This document shows positions 35,199 through 47,800 of a DNA stretch of 64,000 nucleotides, one piece after another. How positions within the stretch are numbered: position 1 is the stretch's first letter; each line of letters begins with the position of its first letter. The position numbers and the translations under genes are program-made. Location of the stretch: contig NC_058368.1 of NCBI RefSeq assembly GCF_018350175.1, forward strand, positions 163,186,001-163,250,000, written 5' to 3'. The notes beneath the pieces were generated by a model. It worked only from the letters and a program-made list of their open reading frames with translations, had not been told where the DNA came from and ran no database searches. The stretch comes from Felis catus (taxonomy: Eukaryota).

Positions 35199-37159
35199 CA
35201 CATTAAAGATATTACCTGTTTTATGTTATTTTTTTTTTTTTTTGCAAATACTTTTTCTCCAGTGGGTTTTTCTATTTTCAACATTTTGCCAAGTGTTACC
35301 AAGGTAAAAAAAAAAATAAAATAAATTAAAAAAAACAAAAAAATTCTTTTAGATAGATTACTTAACTTTATTTCCGTTTTGTTTCTGAAGGCAAGATAGT
35401 TTCCTTTCTTCAACCCCAGATGAGAAACATTTACCCTGTCAATTAGCCCTAAAGCATTCAGTCTTATAATAATAATAACTAGGTAACTTTAGATCCTTTT
35501 TTTCTAAAGGGATTTGTCTCTGATAAGGGGTTTTATCTAGCTGTTAGTAGTTTCTTGAAGGAAAGTGTAGGTAGAGCGCACATTTCCATTTGAATATGTT
35601 CCATTACACCAAGTATTGCTGAAACACAACAGCAGTTGGCATTTTTGCTGGGTAATATGCAAACGTGGAGAGAAGGTGTACCCATGCTAATAAGGAAGAT
35701 AATAATTTAATTATTGCGTAGAATTGTGTTTCTTACAGCAGAGTGTTTAAGTAACTAACACTTTTTCCAAGAAGGAGATTAGAGCCATTTATTGTTTGCA
35801 GGTTATAGTTTATATTTAAACATGGTACATATGCAATTTAGGAAATTCACTTCAGATATGTGAAAGTAACACTGATGTGTATACATATATGTGGGTTTGT
35901 ATATATATCAGAGGGGATGGGGTGATGAAAGTAATGCCAAAATCATAATGTTGAGAAATATATTAAAGGTAAATTAAATCTTTATGGTCATAAATTGCTC
36001 TCTAATCCAATAGTGATAAAGTGAATGTGAAAAGACTATAAGGTTACTTTCAAAACAAACAGTTACCAGGTTCCAGGAAATGAATGTATTTGCATAAAAA
36101 GCACTTGGCAATTACAGAAGGCCTGTTCCTTATCTGTTTACCAAGCAATTGACTGTTAAGGTCTCTTAGGTTGTGTTAGGGGCCCTTGATGTGCACTCTC
36201 TTAAGCTTTCAAAAACATGATACAGGAGCACCTATTTGCCACTAACTGGCATTATGAAGAGTTGGAATGGGGGCAGTGTACTAACATAATCTGATAGCAA
36301 ATTGAGTTTTTGTAATTTGAAATCCCTTCTAAATATATTAGAGGTACTTGCTGTTTAAAGGAGCCCTATAAATTGTAACTTTGTCAAGTGAAGAATTTGC
36401 AATTCATAATTACCATTGGTTTAAACTTCTTGAAAATCAGAGTACAGCTTGACAGTCTTTGAGGCTTATGGTAGTTTCAGTTTGACTATGAACAAGAAAT
36501 GTGCTGTCTGTAGCCATCTTAGAGAAAAAAAAGTAACAAAGTCTCAGGTAGCAAGTAAGTTAATAGTGCTGCGAAGTAGACTCTGATGTTAATCAAGTAT
36601 ATAGAAATTTTTTTTTCTCTCTAAAACATCTGCCCTTTGTCATCATGGTTGGTTAGGAGTCTTGGTCGTCATAGGAACAGAATACATTCTTTTCGTTCTA
36701 TACCAAAATGTCTTAAACCTACTTTTTCCTTTACAAATTGTGTAAGGTAACCTGTATGAATTTGTGAATTTTTGTAGAACACCTGATTCTTTGCTTTTAA
36801 AATTCTTAGAAGAAACACCTAGATATATATTTGAATATCCATATAAATTGAGTTATGTCTGAAGTACCTAGGCTTTTTCATTTCTAATGTTTAAATTAAA
36901 AGCTTTTGTCCATGGGACTTTGTCAAAATTTGAAACTATTACAGAATGTTTAGAACAGTTACTGGTTCAGTGTGGTATTTTAAGCATATTATATATATAG
37001 TATATTTAAGTAAACTAAGTGCAGTAAGTCCTGGTTTTATTTTAGAGCTCAAAAATCACAGATATAGTAATGTCTTTTCTTATTTAAAAACTGAACTAGT
37101 AAAAGATTTTGAAGCATTTTGAAAATATTAAATGTGTTAAGTAATTATAGCAACACTGT

Positions 37160-37333
37160 AAAAAAATGTTTATTTATTTTGAGAGAGAAAGAGAGAAGGA
37201 GAGAGAGAATCCTAAGCAAGCCCTCACTGTTAGCACAGAGTCCTATGTGGGGCTCCAACCCACATACCATGAGATTATTACCTGAGCCAAAATCAAGAGT
37301 TGGAGGCTTCAGCGACTGAGCCACAGGCACCCC
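37160..37333 (-). mobile_element. Can-SINE, older subtype
   Basis: CCTGAGCCAAAATCAAGAGT...GACTGAGCCACAGGCACCCC. Confidence 0.92.
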
Positions 37334-37480
37334 AGAGTAGATTATTTTTACATTAAGAATTTAAAACTTAAATTCAACAATATGTGAAACATATTGAATA
37401 TATTGTGTTATATTTACCTGAGAGTTTCTGGTTTAATAAATTAAAGGCACATTGCTCTCTTTTTAAAAATTTGTTAAACA

Positions 37481-37676
37481 GGCACGCCTGGGTGGCTCAT
37501 TTGGTTGAGCATTCGACTTTAGCTCAGATCATGATTTCGTGGGTGCAAGAGTTCAAGCCCCACATTGGGCTCTGTGCTGTCAGCCTGCTTCGGATTCTAT
37601 GTCTCTCTCTCTTTCTGCCCCTTTCCCGCTCACACTCTATCTCTCTCAAAAAAATAAACAAACATTAAAAACATTT
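37481..37676 (+). mobile_element. Can-SINE
   Basis: GGCACGCCTGGGTGGCTC head, CT tract, A tail. Confidence 0.93.
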
Positions 37677-37688
37677 AAAAAATTTGTT

Positions 37689-37907
37689 GGGGCACCTGGG
37701 TGGCTCAGTTGGTTAATCATCTGACTTTGGCTCAGGTCATGATCTCACCATTCATGGGTTCAAGCCCTGCATCAGGTCCTGTGCTGACAGCTCAGAGCCT
37801 GGAGCCTGCTTTGGATTCTGTGTCTCCTTCTCTATCTGCCCCTCCCCCACTCGCGTGTGCGCTCCCTCCCTATCTCTCAAAAATAAACATTAAAAAAGAT
37901 TTTTTTT
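37689..37907 (+). mobile_element. Can-SINE, tandem with previous
   Basis: GGGGCACCTGGGTGGCTCAGTTGG head; flanked by AATTTGTT and AAATTTTGTT. Confidence 0.95.
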
Positions 37908-39927
37908 AAATTTTGTTAAGCATATTCATTCATTCACAGATCTTTTTATTGAGGAATTTTAAATAAAATTTATTACTTATCTAATACTTTTGAGTTTATA
38001 ATGTACTTAAAATGGTTTATTTATCCTTGGCCAGTTACTTCTTGAGACTCATACTTTCTATTTTATAGGGCTAATTTAAATGATCATTTAAACATGTTTT
38101 GTTACCGGTTATCTTCTATTTCTGATATATTGAGGGTCATACAGGACTGACTGTGATCACCAGGTCTCACAAAGATGGGAGTAGAGGCAGAAGATTCATC
38201 TTAATAAAGTCCAAGAATGACCCAGCCTGGAGCAGAGGTGTGATTTGGCAGGTGGAAATGAATATTTTCCTGGAATGAATTGGCAGAAGTGGGTTCTTAC
38301 TGATTTAGATACATTTTCAACCAACTAAAGGTAGGAATTATTAAATCTAGGATTGAACAAAGCATTTCAAGCATTTTATTAGAAGTGATTAGATGAGGGA
38401 GATTTTTCTGTCCTTAAAATTAGACAGAAGATATTAGTATGATTATAATAGCAGATTCTTCTTAATCTGTAGTATTTCTAATGTAGACTTTTACTAAAAA
38501 TTTAACTTTTGTAGAAAACTGAAGCCATTTGATTAAATGTGAAATTTAGTGAAATTTACAAGTATTTAGTTATTTTTTGGTGCTGTTCCCCACCAAAAAA
38601 TTGTTGTGTGTATAAATTAAAGATTATCAGCTTTAAAAATGTGTATCATTTGGACATGTAAAATGTAACTATGTAAATTCTGATGTTGATGTTTTGCTTG
38701 ATAACCACACACTTCAAAATCTGACAACATGTTTAATGAGAGTGATGATTTTATTTCCACTGTTACTTACTTAGGTTATGAGACTTTTCACAAAATTAAA
38801 TATATGTTAGCTTGTTCCTCTAAACAGCGACAAATGAAAGAATAGAAAAATGGTTGGAAAGGAAGATGGGTTATGTTGCCCTCATAATTATTCTGTTTGC
38901 TTACTGCTGTATCTTTCTCAGCACACCCTTAGGTAAAACTCTGTACTTATTATTGAGATCTTTGTGGCCACCAAGTGAGGCAAGAAGAAAAGTTTAAAAC
39001 TGCTGCTTGACCCCTAATACTAGAGATGCTCAGTTGTTTGAGTGCCACTAAGTTTAAAAGTGCTTATCAGAGCAACTCTTTACAGCCTTAATTTGTGTGT
39101 AGATTGCTGTTTGTGTTGGGACTATCTGCTTTGTATCAGGCTTGCTAGCTAATTTCCTTGTTTATTAGCTAAGTGATTTTCTTAATGGCTACCCTTTTGA
39201 CAAAGGAAGAAATCTTAGCTACTCTGACAGGGAAAACAAATTTAAAGACTCACGGTGAAATGAATGAGGAACATCTGAATTCATGCTGCTGCTGTGTTGT
39301 TGGTGTGGGAGAAAATCTGGTGACTGACCTTGAATCTTGACTGAAGTCACAAAAATATGCATAATTTGGCCTTTATCCATAAAACAAATAGCAACAGTCT
39401 CCAGTCAAGGCAGGGATTCAGTTTCCTTTGTTTGGGGTGTGGAAAAAGAAATCTTTTCCAACCTTATTATCTGAGATTTAGTGAATTTTTTACTGAAATA
39501 TTTTAGAATCTTCATTTTGACAGATGCATTTTGTATGATTCCATGTTTTATTAACAAAGAGGTATTTTGTTTAATTTGTGTTTGAAGATTTACAGGCTTC
39601 CAATGTTGTGTTTTAAGGGGAAATGTTTTTGTTGTTGTTTTATTTGTTGAGTAATCAAAGAAAATTCAAATACCCAGTTGCACCAACAAAACCTCTCATG
39701 ATCCGATGATAGGTTTTGGATTAGGGCCCTGGAAAGATCACTGGGCACTTACATTGGAGAGCCAGTTTAAGATTTCTTACAAACAAATTTAGCATGGCTC
39801 AAGTCAGTGAGGGTAACACCAGGGAAGCTGAGACCTCTCTAGAGCTAACAGCCTGGGAACTCCACTGACCCTTTTTGAAGTCAGTCTCCAAGAGTTGCCC
39901 TTGATCCATCTTAGAAACCAGGTTTAT

Positions 39928-40149
39928 TTATTTATTTTATTTTTAACATTTACTCAGTTTTGAGAGACAGAAACAGAGCATGAGTGGGGGAGGAGCAGAG
40001 AGCGACACACACACACACAGAATCTGAAGCAGGCTCCAGGCTCTGAGCTGTCAGCACAGAGACTGATGTGGGGCTCGAACCCACAAACCATGAGATCATG
40101 ACCTGAGCTGAAGTTGGATGCTTAACCAACTGAGCCAGCCAGGTGCTCC
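39928..40149 (-). mobile_element. Can-SINE
   Basis: 20-bp TSD ATCTTAG(A/G)AACCAGGTTTAT at 39908-39927 and 40151-40170. Confidence 0.96.
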
Positions 40150-40639
40150 TATCTTAGGAACCAGGTTTATAGGTGAATAACATAGGACTCTTAGAAACCC
40201 ATTTCTGCCTCTACAGTTTGCGAATCTGACATGATACCAAAATGTGTATTTATCCATTGGATGTAATCTCAGGGCTTGAGCAGTGAGATTGGGTATTTGC
40301 AGTCCACAAAACAGAAATCCATCTTTTAAGTAAGACAAGAAAATGTGATCTTCCTAGTGATTAAGTGGAAGTCACCTTTGCCTTTGCAAACCAGATTACA
40401 ATTCTGTTACCTCTTTATTTTGTTTATTAAGCACACCACCATCAGTAAGATTAGAGAAGATAGTAAACAGAAATAAATAGAAATAGAGAAAAAGAAAAAG
40501 CCTTTGTTTCTCTTCCATCCTTTCTTTTGGCTGTCCTTGACTTAGGCCTCTTTTGTTTTCTTTCCTGTGGTTGCCCATCACATCAGGACTTCACATTTTA
40601 TAAACTGTAAGTTTCCCTCCTTGAAATGTAGCCATCTGC

Positions 40640-40810
40640 TTCTGTATCACTGTGAGCAAATTCCTCAACCTCTTTGTGCCTTAATTTCCTTATTTGTGAG
40701 ATACTGATAGGATAATACCTATATCATCAAGTTGTTGTGGGGATTAAATGCATTAAGATTATGTCATGTACTGAGCTTAGTACCTGGCTATACAAAGTGC
40801 CACATGACCA
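40640..40810 (+). mobile_element. MIR
   Basis: GAGCAAATTCCTCAACCTCTTTGTGCCTTAATTTCCTTATTTGT...GTTGTTGTGGGGATTAAATG...GTACCTGGC. Confidence 0.8.
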
Positions 40811-41699
40811 GTCATCTAATAATTGTGAATAGAACCTATTAATATATTAATGATATTGAGCTATATACTTCATTGCCAAGTTTCAAAATGTTAAACAAGA
40901 CAGAGTTGTGAATTCTTTATGTGCAATGGCACAGAGGCTGGTGTTTTGCTTCCTTTTTCTGAATGACTTGTAGAATGTCTTATTGATACAAAAGGACTGT
41001 TGGGTCAGTCCCCAGAAGACTACTGAATGGTGAGAGAGAATGTCCTAAGAATCCCAGGAATCAAATTAAGTCTGTCACTTTATTGGAAAAAGGAGACAGT
41101 GGTAGCCATTGTGTTGAGCTGCTTGGTTATTATATGTTTTCATTTATGTATTCATTTCTCTCATAGTAGACGTGGTACTTTCTTTATCTAATGTGAATAC
41201 TCCAAATTATATGACCCTTATTAAATCTTATTTTGAAATTAACTTCTGGCATGGTGAGTGTATTTACTTTCAAGGCATCACATTTGAAAACATTTAGAAT
41301 ATAACTTCACCCATTTTACATTGAGAATATTGTATGCAAAATAATTTTGAAGGGCATTTTATTTCCTAGTATGTGTTTCCAGCAGGTGGCTAATGGCTTT
41401 TGACCTGCTGTAGCAGCATACAGAACTGAATGTCAGACAGAGTATTTTTTTAAAAGCTGCATTTTCATCTTGCATAATGTGCACAGTGATTTTTTTTGAG
41501 ATTGTCTTGCATATTTTTCCAAGTAGTTATTGATAGAGATGTGTCAATTTGATAGGAAATAGAAAATGTAATGTTACAGCATTTAATTTTTAACAATATT
41601 TAAACTTGTTCAGATTGGTAAATATAAGTATCTTAATAAATAATATCAGATCTAATATGTTTACATGTTAAAAACCATTTAAAATTCATGGTATCAGCC

Positions 41700-42190
41700 T
41701 TACATCTTTCCCATATCTTTGAACCATTGTTAAGAAAAATCCCACATTTTAATCCATTCACTTCTCTTTCTAGTGATTTCCATTTTCTCTTGAAATTTAT
41801 ACAGGATATTCCATGGCCTATTTCACACAGCCTTTGAGAATTATACATACTAAATAATAATTCTCAATTTTTGTGTGAAGACAGACCATGACATACACTC
41901 TATAAATGATAGAGATTGCTCAGGGTTCCAGGATTAGCAATTATAGATCATTGTCAATGTTAGTTTCAAGTTAATGTTGGCACACATTTTCATACAACCA
42001 TAGTCTTTATAAGGATCTCCCACATGGTTTGTACATTTGAGTAACACTCCTGATTTCAACTTTGTTGGATTTTTGAGATGAAGTTGCATATGTAGCTTGA
42101 TTAATGCCCAGAGTACCTTGTGGGGTGGTGAATCAGAAAATGCCAATGTAAAGAGTTCTGTTTCCTGTACTGAGCGTATTAGAGCTGGCA
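41700..42190 (-). mobile_element. Possible ancient LINE (RTE-X/L4 or CR1/L3) reverse-transcriptase remnant
   Basis: Decayed RT-like motifs in order on minus strand: AFSDSPPHKVLWALIK, YGCM..NDL, xxMV, EVNGLKCGIFLNN. Confidence 0.35.
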
Positions 42191-43339
42191 TTTTGCCCCT
42201 GAACTGTATGATGAAGGAGGAATATTGTTTGTGTGGTAATGCATTTAAGGCTTAATTTCTGAGGCTGAGTTCTAATCTTGTTTATTCCCTCAGGTAATTA
42301 CTGGTTTTCAAAATGCAAAAGAAGTATATCATTGGATTTTTTCAAATGGTTAAACTTGTAGATGTCCTTTTTTTAAATTTAGGCACTAAAAATTCTCACA
42401 CATCAAAGTAGCTTGTGATTCTCATTTGTGGCTAGAGAGTTAATCATCTTTCAGTAGTGCTTTGAAGTTGGCTTTTCTTCTTCTTCTTCTTTTTTTTTTT
42501 TTCTTTTCTTAACCCAGCATGAATTCATGAATAAAACTAACCACTCTGTTAGGTATCGTGCATTATTGCTTTTGCCTATGGCTCTTGCTAATAAAAATTC
42601 AAATTGTGGGTAGTTTGCTGGAATTAGATCAATGTAGTATGCTGCATACTTTTTTCCTGTTATGAAGCCCTCTCACAGAAAATAAGTGCAAAGGAAAGCA
42701 TGGTGGCGGGAAGAAAGGACAAGGCAATTCAAGATTAAATATATTTAGCTTTTCTGCCTATGGTGTGGTTAGTCTGTAACCTACACAAGAGTTTTTATTT
42801 CTCAGTGCCCTAGAATCCTTGAAATTAAAATTACTATTCCTTAGGACATTAAATTCCTAAAAATTTCTTTTCTTTAGTCAAAGTATATGAATCTGCTTTT
42901 GTGTGTCAGGATGGGGTAACAATAACAATAGCAGTAACTTCATTGATACAGGGTATCTGTGGGCTTGTGAATGCAGCTAGATGGGAAGCTATCAGCTGAA
43001 GAATAGGTAGGTGATTGCTAAAATAACTTGGAACTCTGACAGTTGCTAAAATTAAGTCATTTTGCTTACAAAATTACCTAATAATCAAATAGGATTTGAT
43101 ATTTTAACAACTAGGATGTTTTCCACTAACATCGGCACAGAAAAAGAATTGTGCCAAGATGCTTCCTTAAGAAAGCAACATGTTAATTTAGAAACCAGCG
43201 AACATGCCAGAATTAGAGAGATGATTGAACAAGACATTCCATCCTGGAGCCAGATGTGCTAAGCTCAGCTGGAAAGACCCTTAAAGTGCAGTTAGGGGAA
43301 TACATATAAGGACTTATTTAGCAAATTTACATGAATATA

Positions 43340-43540
43340 TTACAGTGGGTAGGAGCATGGTCTCAGGAGTTAGAGATGCCCAGATTTGGTTCTTAGTTTT
43401 AATTATTTGAAGGCTGGTCACTTTGGGCAAATAAATTATTCCCTCTCAGCCTCAGGTTTCTTAATTACGTAATAGGAATGGTAATGGTATCTAATTTATA
43501 TTATTATAAGAAAAAAGTACCAAAAATTTAAATGAAATTT
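43340..43540 (+). mobile_element. MIR
   Basis: CAGTGGGTAGGAGCATGGTCTCAGGAGTTAGA...CACTTTGGGCAAAT...CTCTCAGCCTCAGGTTTCTTAAT. Confidence 0.75.
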
Positions 43541-43899
43541 ATAGTGAACAAACACTGCTAATTCTAGATCCTTGCTCTAGAATTCTAGAGCCTTGGAAAT
43601 ATGCTACCATTTATATATCTTGCATATATTGGAACACATTGTTACCCAGGCTCATACTTGGCCTCAGAATCCTGCTCAACACAGAATGCCCGGAATTTGG
43701 TAGAAGTTGGCAGTCAACGTGAAACATTCATTCTCCCTAAACTAATCCACTTCTACCAGTCTTCTCTCTTCCTTCTGTTTTGCTGACAGTATCCCTAATG
43801 CAGGTGTCAATTCAGTTACTTAAAAAGTGGGAATAGAGAGATTAGTTATTCATAATCATAATGTTCAGACATTGTGCTGGGTGTTAAGTAGATGTTTCC

Positions 43900-44400
43900 C
43901 AAATTTACGTTTCCAGTTCTATCCTCTACCCCGAGCACCGTTCATGAGTTCATTACTTGGCTTCTTCACTTACTAGTCTGATAGGTATCTACATTTACTG
44001 CTCACTGCTCTCTGTCCTCCAGCCACATTGGGCTTCTTTATGTTCTTCATACATTATGAGCTTGTTTCTGTTTTATATTCTTCCTGATCAGTTATTCTAC
44101 ACATCTTGCTCCTTCTCCTTATTCAAGTATCATTTCTTCTGAGGTTCAGGTTTCTCTGACAAGTGTATCTAAGTCATCTTCCCACTCAGTCAGTTTCTTA
44201 TCTTCTCATCCTGTAAGTTTCTTCACAGCCCTTTTCCATACATATAAAATTATGTTATTTATATAATTTTTTATTGTTTTATCTCCCATCCCAGAATGCA
44301 AGCTTCCTGAGAGCAGTGACCTTGTGTGGTGTGTTCAGCACTGTGTATTCTCAGTACCTAAAAATGTGACTGTTTCCTAGAAGTGCTCTCAACTACATTC
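43900..44400 (+). mobile_element. L2a 3' fragment
   Basis: CTCCAGCCACATTGGGCTTC...CCAGAATGCAAGCTTCCTGAGAGCAGTGACCTTGT...TTCAGCACTGTGTATTCTCAGTACCTA. Confidence 0.8.
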
Positions 44401-44540
44401 AGAGGTAGGATTATTCTTTCCTTAATTTTATAGGTAACAAAAGTGATGCCAGGGAGGTTGAAAGCTTGTCCAAGATCACAGGAATGGAGGTGACAGAGCT
44501 GAGATTTAGACCCAGTGCTGTGCCCTACGAACCTGTACAA
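44400..44540 (-). mobile_element. MIR fragment
   Basis: GAGGTAGGATTATT...GAGGTTGAAAGCTTGTCCAAGATCACA...GTGACAGAGCTGAGATTTAGACCCAG. Confidence 0.75.
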
Positions 44541-46220
44541 CAATGCCTCCCTTTTCACAACTGAAGGTCAGGGACATTAATGGGCGGGACGGGGCTCTGT
44601 TGAGTTCTTGGAACTTCTCTGAGTCTCTGGGCCACAGTTATTGTTCCTATAGCATTGTCAGACAAGCCCTGGTCCTGATCACTACACTCTAGTATTCTTG
44701 GCTTATCTTCTCTTCCCTTTGCCTTTTCGACTCAGTGCCCAAGACATGCATGATTGATATTTTACAAGAATGCATTCAGTCCCTTGGGAAAGACAATGAA
44801 ACAGTGGACTTTAAAGAAGCTCTTGAAGGGCTAGAATTCATAGTTTTGAACCCAGATGTAATTTTCCACCTGGTGTGGTTCTTCCTCTTTCGTAATGCTA
44901 TATCCTGAGCATCTATTACTTGACAGTGGCATTTATTAGGGCTGTAGCTTTTTGTGTGTGAATTTGCTTTAATCACACAGATAATGGTTTGCTTGTAGTT
45001 GGGCCCTATTGACTAGACTAGAATAGTTCAGCTTCTGCCCTTTTCTGCTCCATCCTCTACCCCCCATGCAAAATGTGATGCTGAAGCTGGACCACTTATA
45101 TCGTTTTAGTCCGATACACTGTAGAATATAATAGGCAATCTTGTAATGTATATATATCATTAAAATGTAGAAATATGTTTTAGCTTTTGGGGGAAAATGA
45201 ACAGAAAAAGAAAACCAGGGCAGTTGATTAAAAAGGGATAATCCACTGCATAATGAGTCACACCCAGCAAATTATAGAGGAAGAAGTTATTGGTGCTTTT
45301 TACTCTAGGACATTTGCTGTGTGTTGCTGCATTTGACCTTTTAGAAGCTATTGACATCATTTGGGAGCTGCCTGTAAACCTGCCTTAATCAGTTAAACGG
45401 AAGGAATCTTAGCATTGTGGAACTGACCGGTTGATTAATTTCAATCCAAACATACAGTCCTGCCTGGATGCCCTCTGTGAGACCCTTGCACAAAAGGATT
45501 TCATTCAGAAGCATTATAACCCACATCCTGCTGTCAGACCCTTTCAGCTCCGTTGGTCTCCTTAGACTGCAGGCAGCTTCTTTAACCCTGCTTATGCTCC
45601 CTTTTATTTCACGAAAACAATATCTATGCTGTGATTCATACAAATGCTCTACATTTCCTTCGGAGTTCTTTATTTGTATCCTAGGGAAAATGTATTTTAA
45701 AGTTCCACTAATTGAGAGACTAAAACGGGAATTTATTTTAAACTGGCTTCTTTAGAAAAAGTGTATTAGAACTTAATCCAGAGCTTCCTCTGGGAATCAT
45801 AATCAAAATTAGAATCACGAAATGTTGAAATAACTTTTTGGTATTAGACTAAGCCATCATCTGTAATTCCTTTGACTTTTAGATTCAAAACATTGAAGGC
45901 TTTATAATCTGTGTTTAGCTTTGGGAAAACATTAATTGACTCTTGAGTGAGTTCAGAGGTAGTATAAAGATCTAGTTCTGGATCTTTAAATGAAAGCAAA
46001 ATTAAAATTCTTGAAGGATAAAACTTTGAATAATTTCAGTCTGTTACATAAAGTGAGAAAAGAATCCACACATTGGGTACTCTGCTGGGCTTGGTTACAA
46101 AGGAGGGCAGGTATCTGTGGGGAAGAAATGAAAAAAAACTGCATTCTATAGAATGCTTCCACACATGGAATATTAGCCTGGAAAAGACCAACATCCCCAT
46201 TTTAAACACCAAAGACTGAG

Positions 46221-46262
46221 CCCCCACCCACCCCCACCCCCACCCCCACCCCCACCCCCACC
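46221..46262. repeat. (CCCCCA)n repeat
   Basis: Direct reading; (TGGGGG)n on minus strand. Confidence 0.95.
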
Positions 46263-47054
46263 GGCTACTTGATTAGTCAAGTTCTTAAGGGCCATTACTT
46301 GGTCAGTTTCTACTTCCTCATCACCTAATTACAACACTTTTCTGGAATACAAAGGAAGCTTTTCAGAGATGGTGGTATAATCTGCTTCTCTGTGGTTTTG
46401 TTCATTTTCGTTAATTTTAATAACTACTACTTACTGAGTGTTTGTGTTGTGCTGGTACTTTGTGCCTTATCTTTGTCTTCGTAACTACAATAGGAGGTAG
46501 TACTCTTCTTCCCTGTTTGAAAATGAGGAACTGATGTTTAGCAAAGTCAGGGGCTTGCCCAGCACATCAGTTACTGTGAGAAGGTAGGATGAAACAGAGG
46601 AAGCAGCCTTTCTATGATGGTAGCTAGATACAGGGAAGAAAAATTGTAACAAAAGATGTTTTTCCCAAGCCTTGTAAGTTGACTTGAGAATGCATGACTA
46701 TGCCATGGATCATTGGTAAGATAGAAAAATTAAGGCTATTTTGGCCTGAATTCTTCAGAAACAGCAGATCCACTGTGTAGGAATATGAGGGCACCTCCTT
46801 TCTGGCTGCCATTAGAAGTAGTGGATGTCCAGGTGGGGAACATGTTGGGAAGTCGGGGAATCTAGAAGCTGTGTGACACAAGAGAATTCATGGCATCATT
46901 CTGAGCTTCTGCTTCTTATTTTTACTTCTAAAAGTGAAATTCCAATTTCTGCTTTACCCCACCTACCCTGCTAGCTTGTTTCAAAGATTAAGTGCAATAA
47001 TTTCATCTTAAACACTCTGGAAAATGGAAAAAAAATTAAGACATAATAAATTTT

Positions 47055-47800
47055 TGTTCATTTATCCGATAAGTATTTATTGAATGAATGCCAGATGCAA
47101 GGCAAGGTGCCATGTAGAGAATAAGAGGCAAATACAGACTTTTGTCTCTACCTTTCAGAAGGTTAAATGGAGCAGGGAGATAAGACACATGCTAATAACT
47201 AGACAGTGGAATGCTTTAAATGCAGTTAGGAAGATAGAGAACACTGGTGTTTCTGAGGAGGAACCCATTCCTGATGGAAGGGATGGGCCGTAGAGGATTG
47301 TTAGATTGATAGGGAAGAGAGACAGGAGGAGTTGTGGATCAGGAAGTAGGTGTGGGATTTCATGAGGAAGAGACAGAAAGCGCAAAGGCCTGGAGGAGGG
47401 AAAGGATGAGGACATATTAGTGTGCCTCACCGGCTGTATGTACCTCATTGGCTGTATTTAGTTCATTGACTATGTAGCTCAAGGAGGTAGGTTTGACAAA
47501 GATGGGTTTATAGTGAAGCTGTGAAATCTGCAGTTGATTCCGTGGCTCACAAGGGGCCTGTTAGGATGTTGGATTTTTGTGGTAACCTGGTAAGAAAATG
47601 TTTTGTGACGACTCATTAAGGACACAGTGATGCATGAAATGATTAAAGAAGTGAGCAAGACACTGAAGTCAGGGAGACCCAAGACCACAGCACTATGGGA
47701 GGACTGATGGAGAAGGCTGCACTAGAGGGGCAACTATGGGACAGGAACAGAAAGGAGATAGATCACTGAAATTTGGCCCCTGACTGGACTTAAGGACAAT
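47055..47800 (-). mobile_element. L2 3' fragment
   Basis: TTCATTTATCCGATAAGTATTTATTGAATG..TGCCAG...GCAAAGGCCTGGAGG. Confidence 0.7.

Noticed and set aside
34644..35413. ORFs overlapping the LTR as retroviral genes
   Set aside because: No gag, pol or env motifs, and no PBS or internal region; host TSD directly flanks both LTR ends
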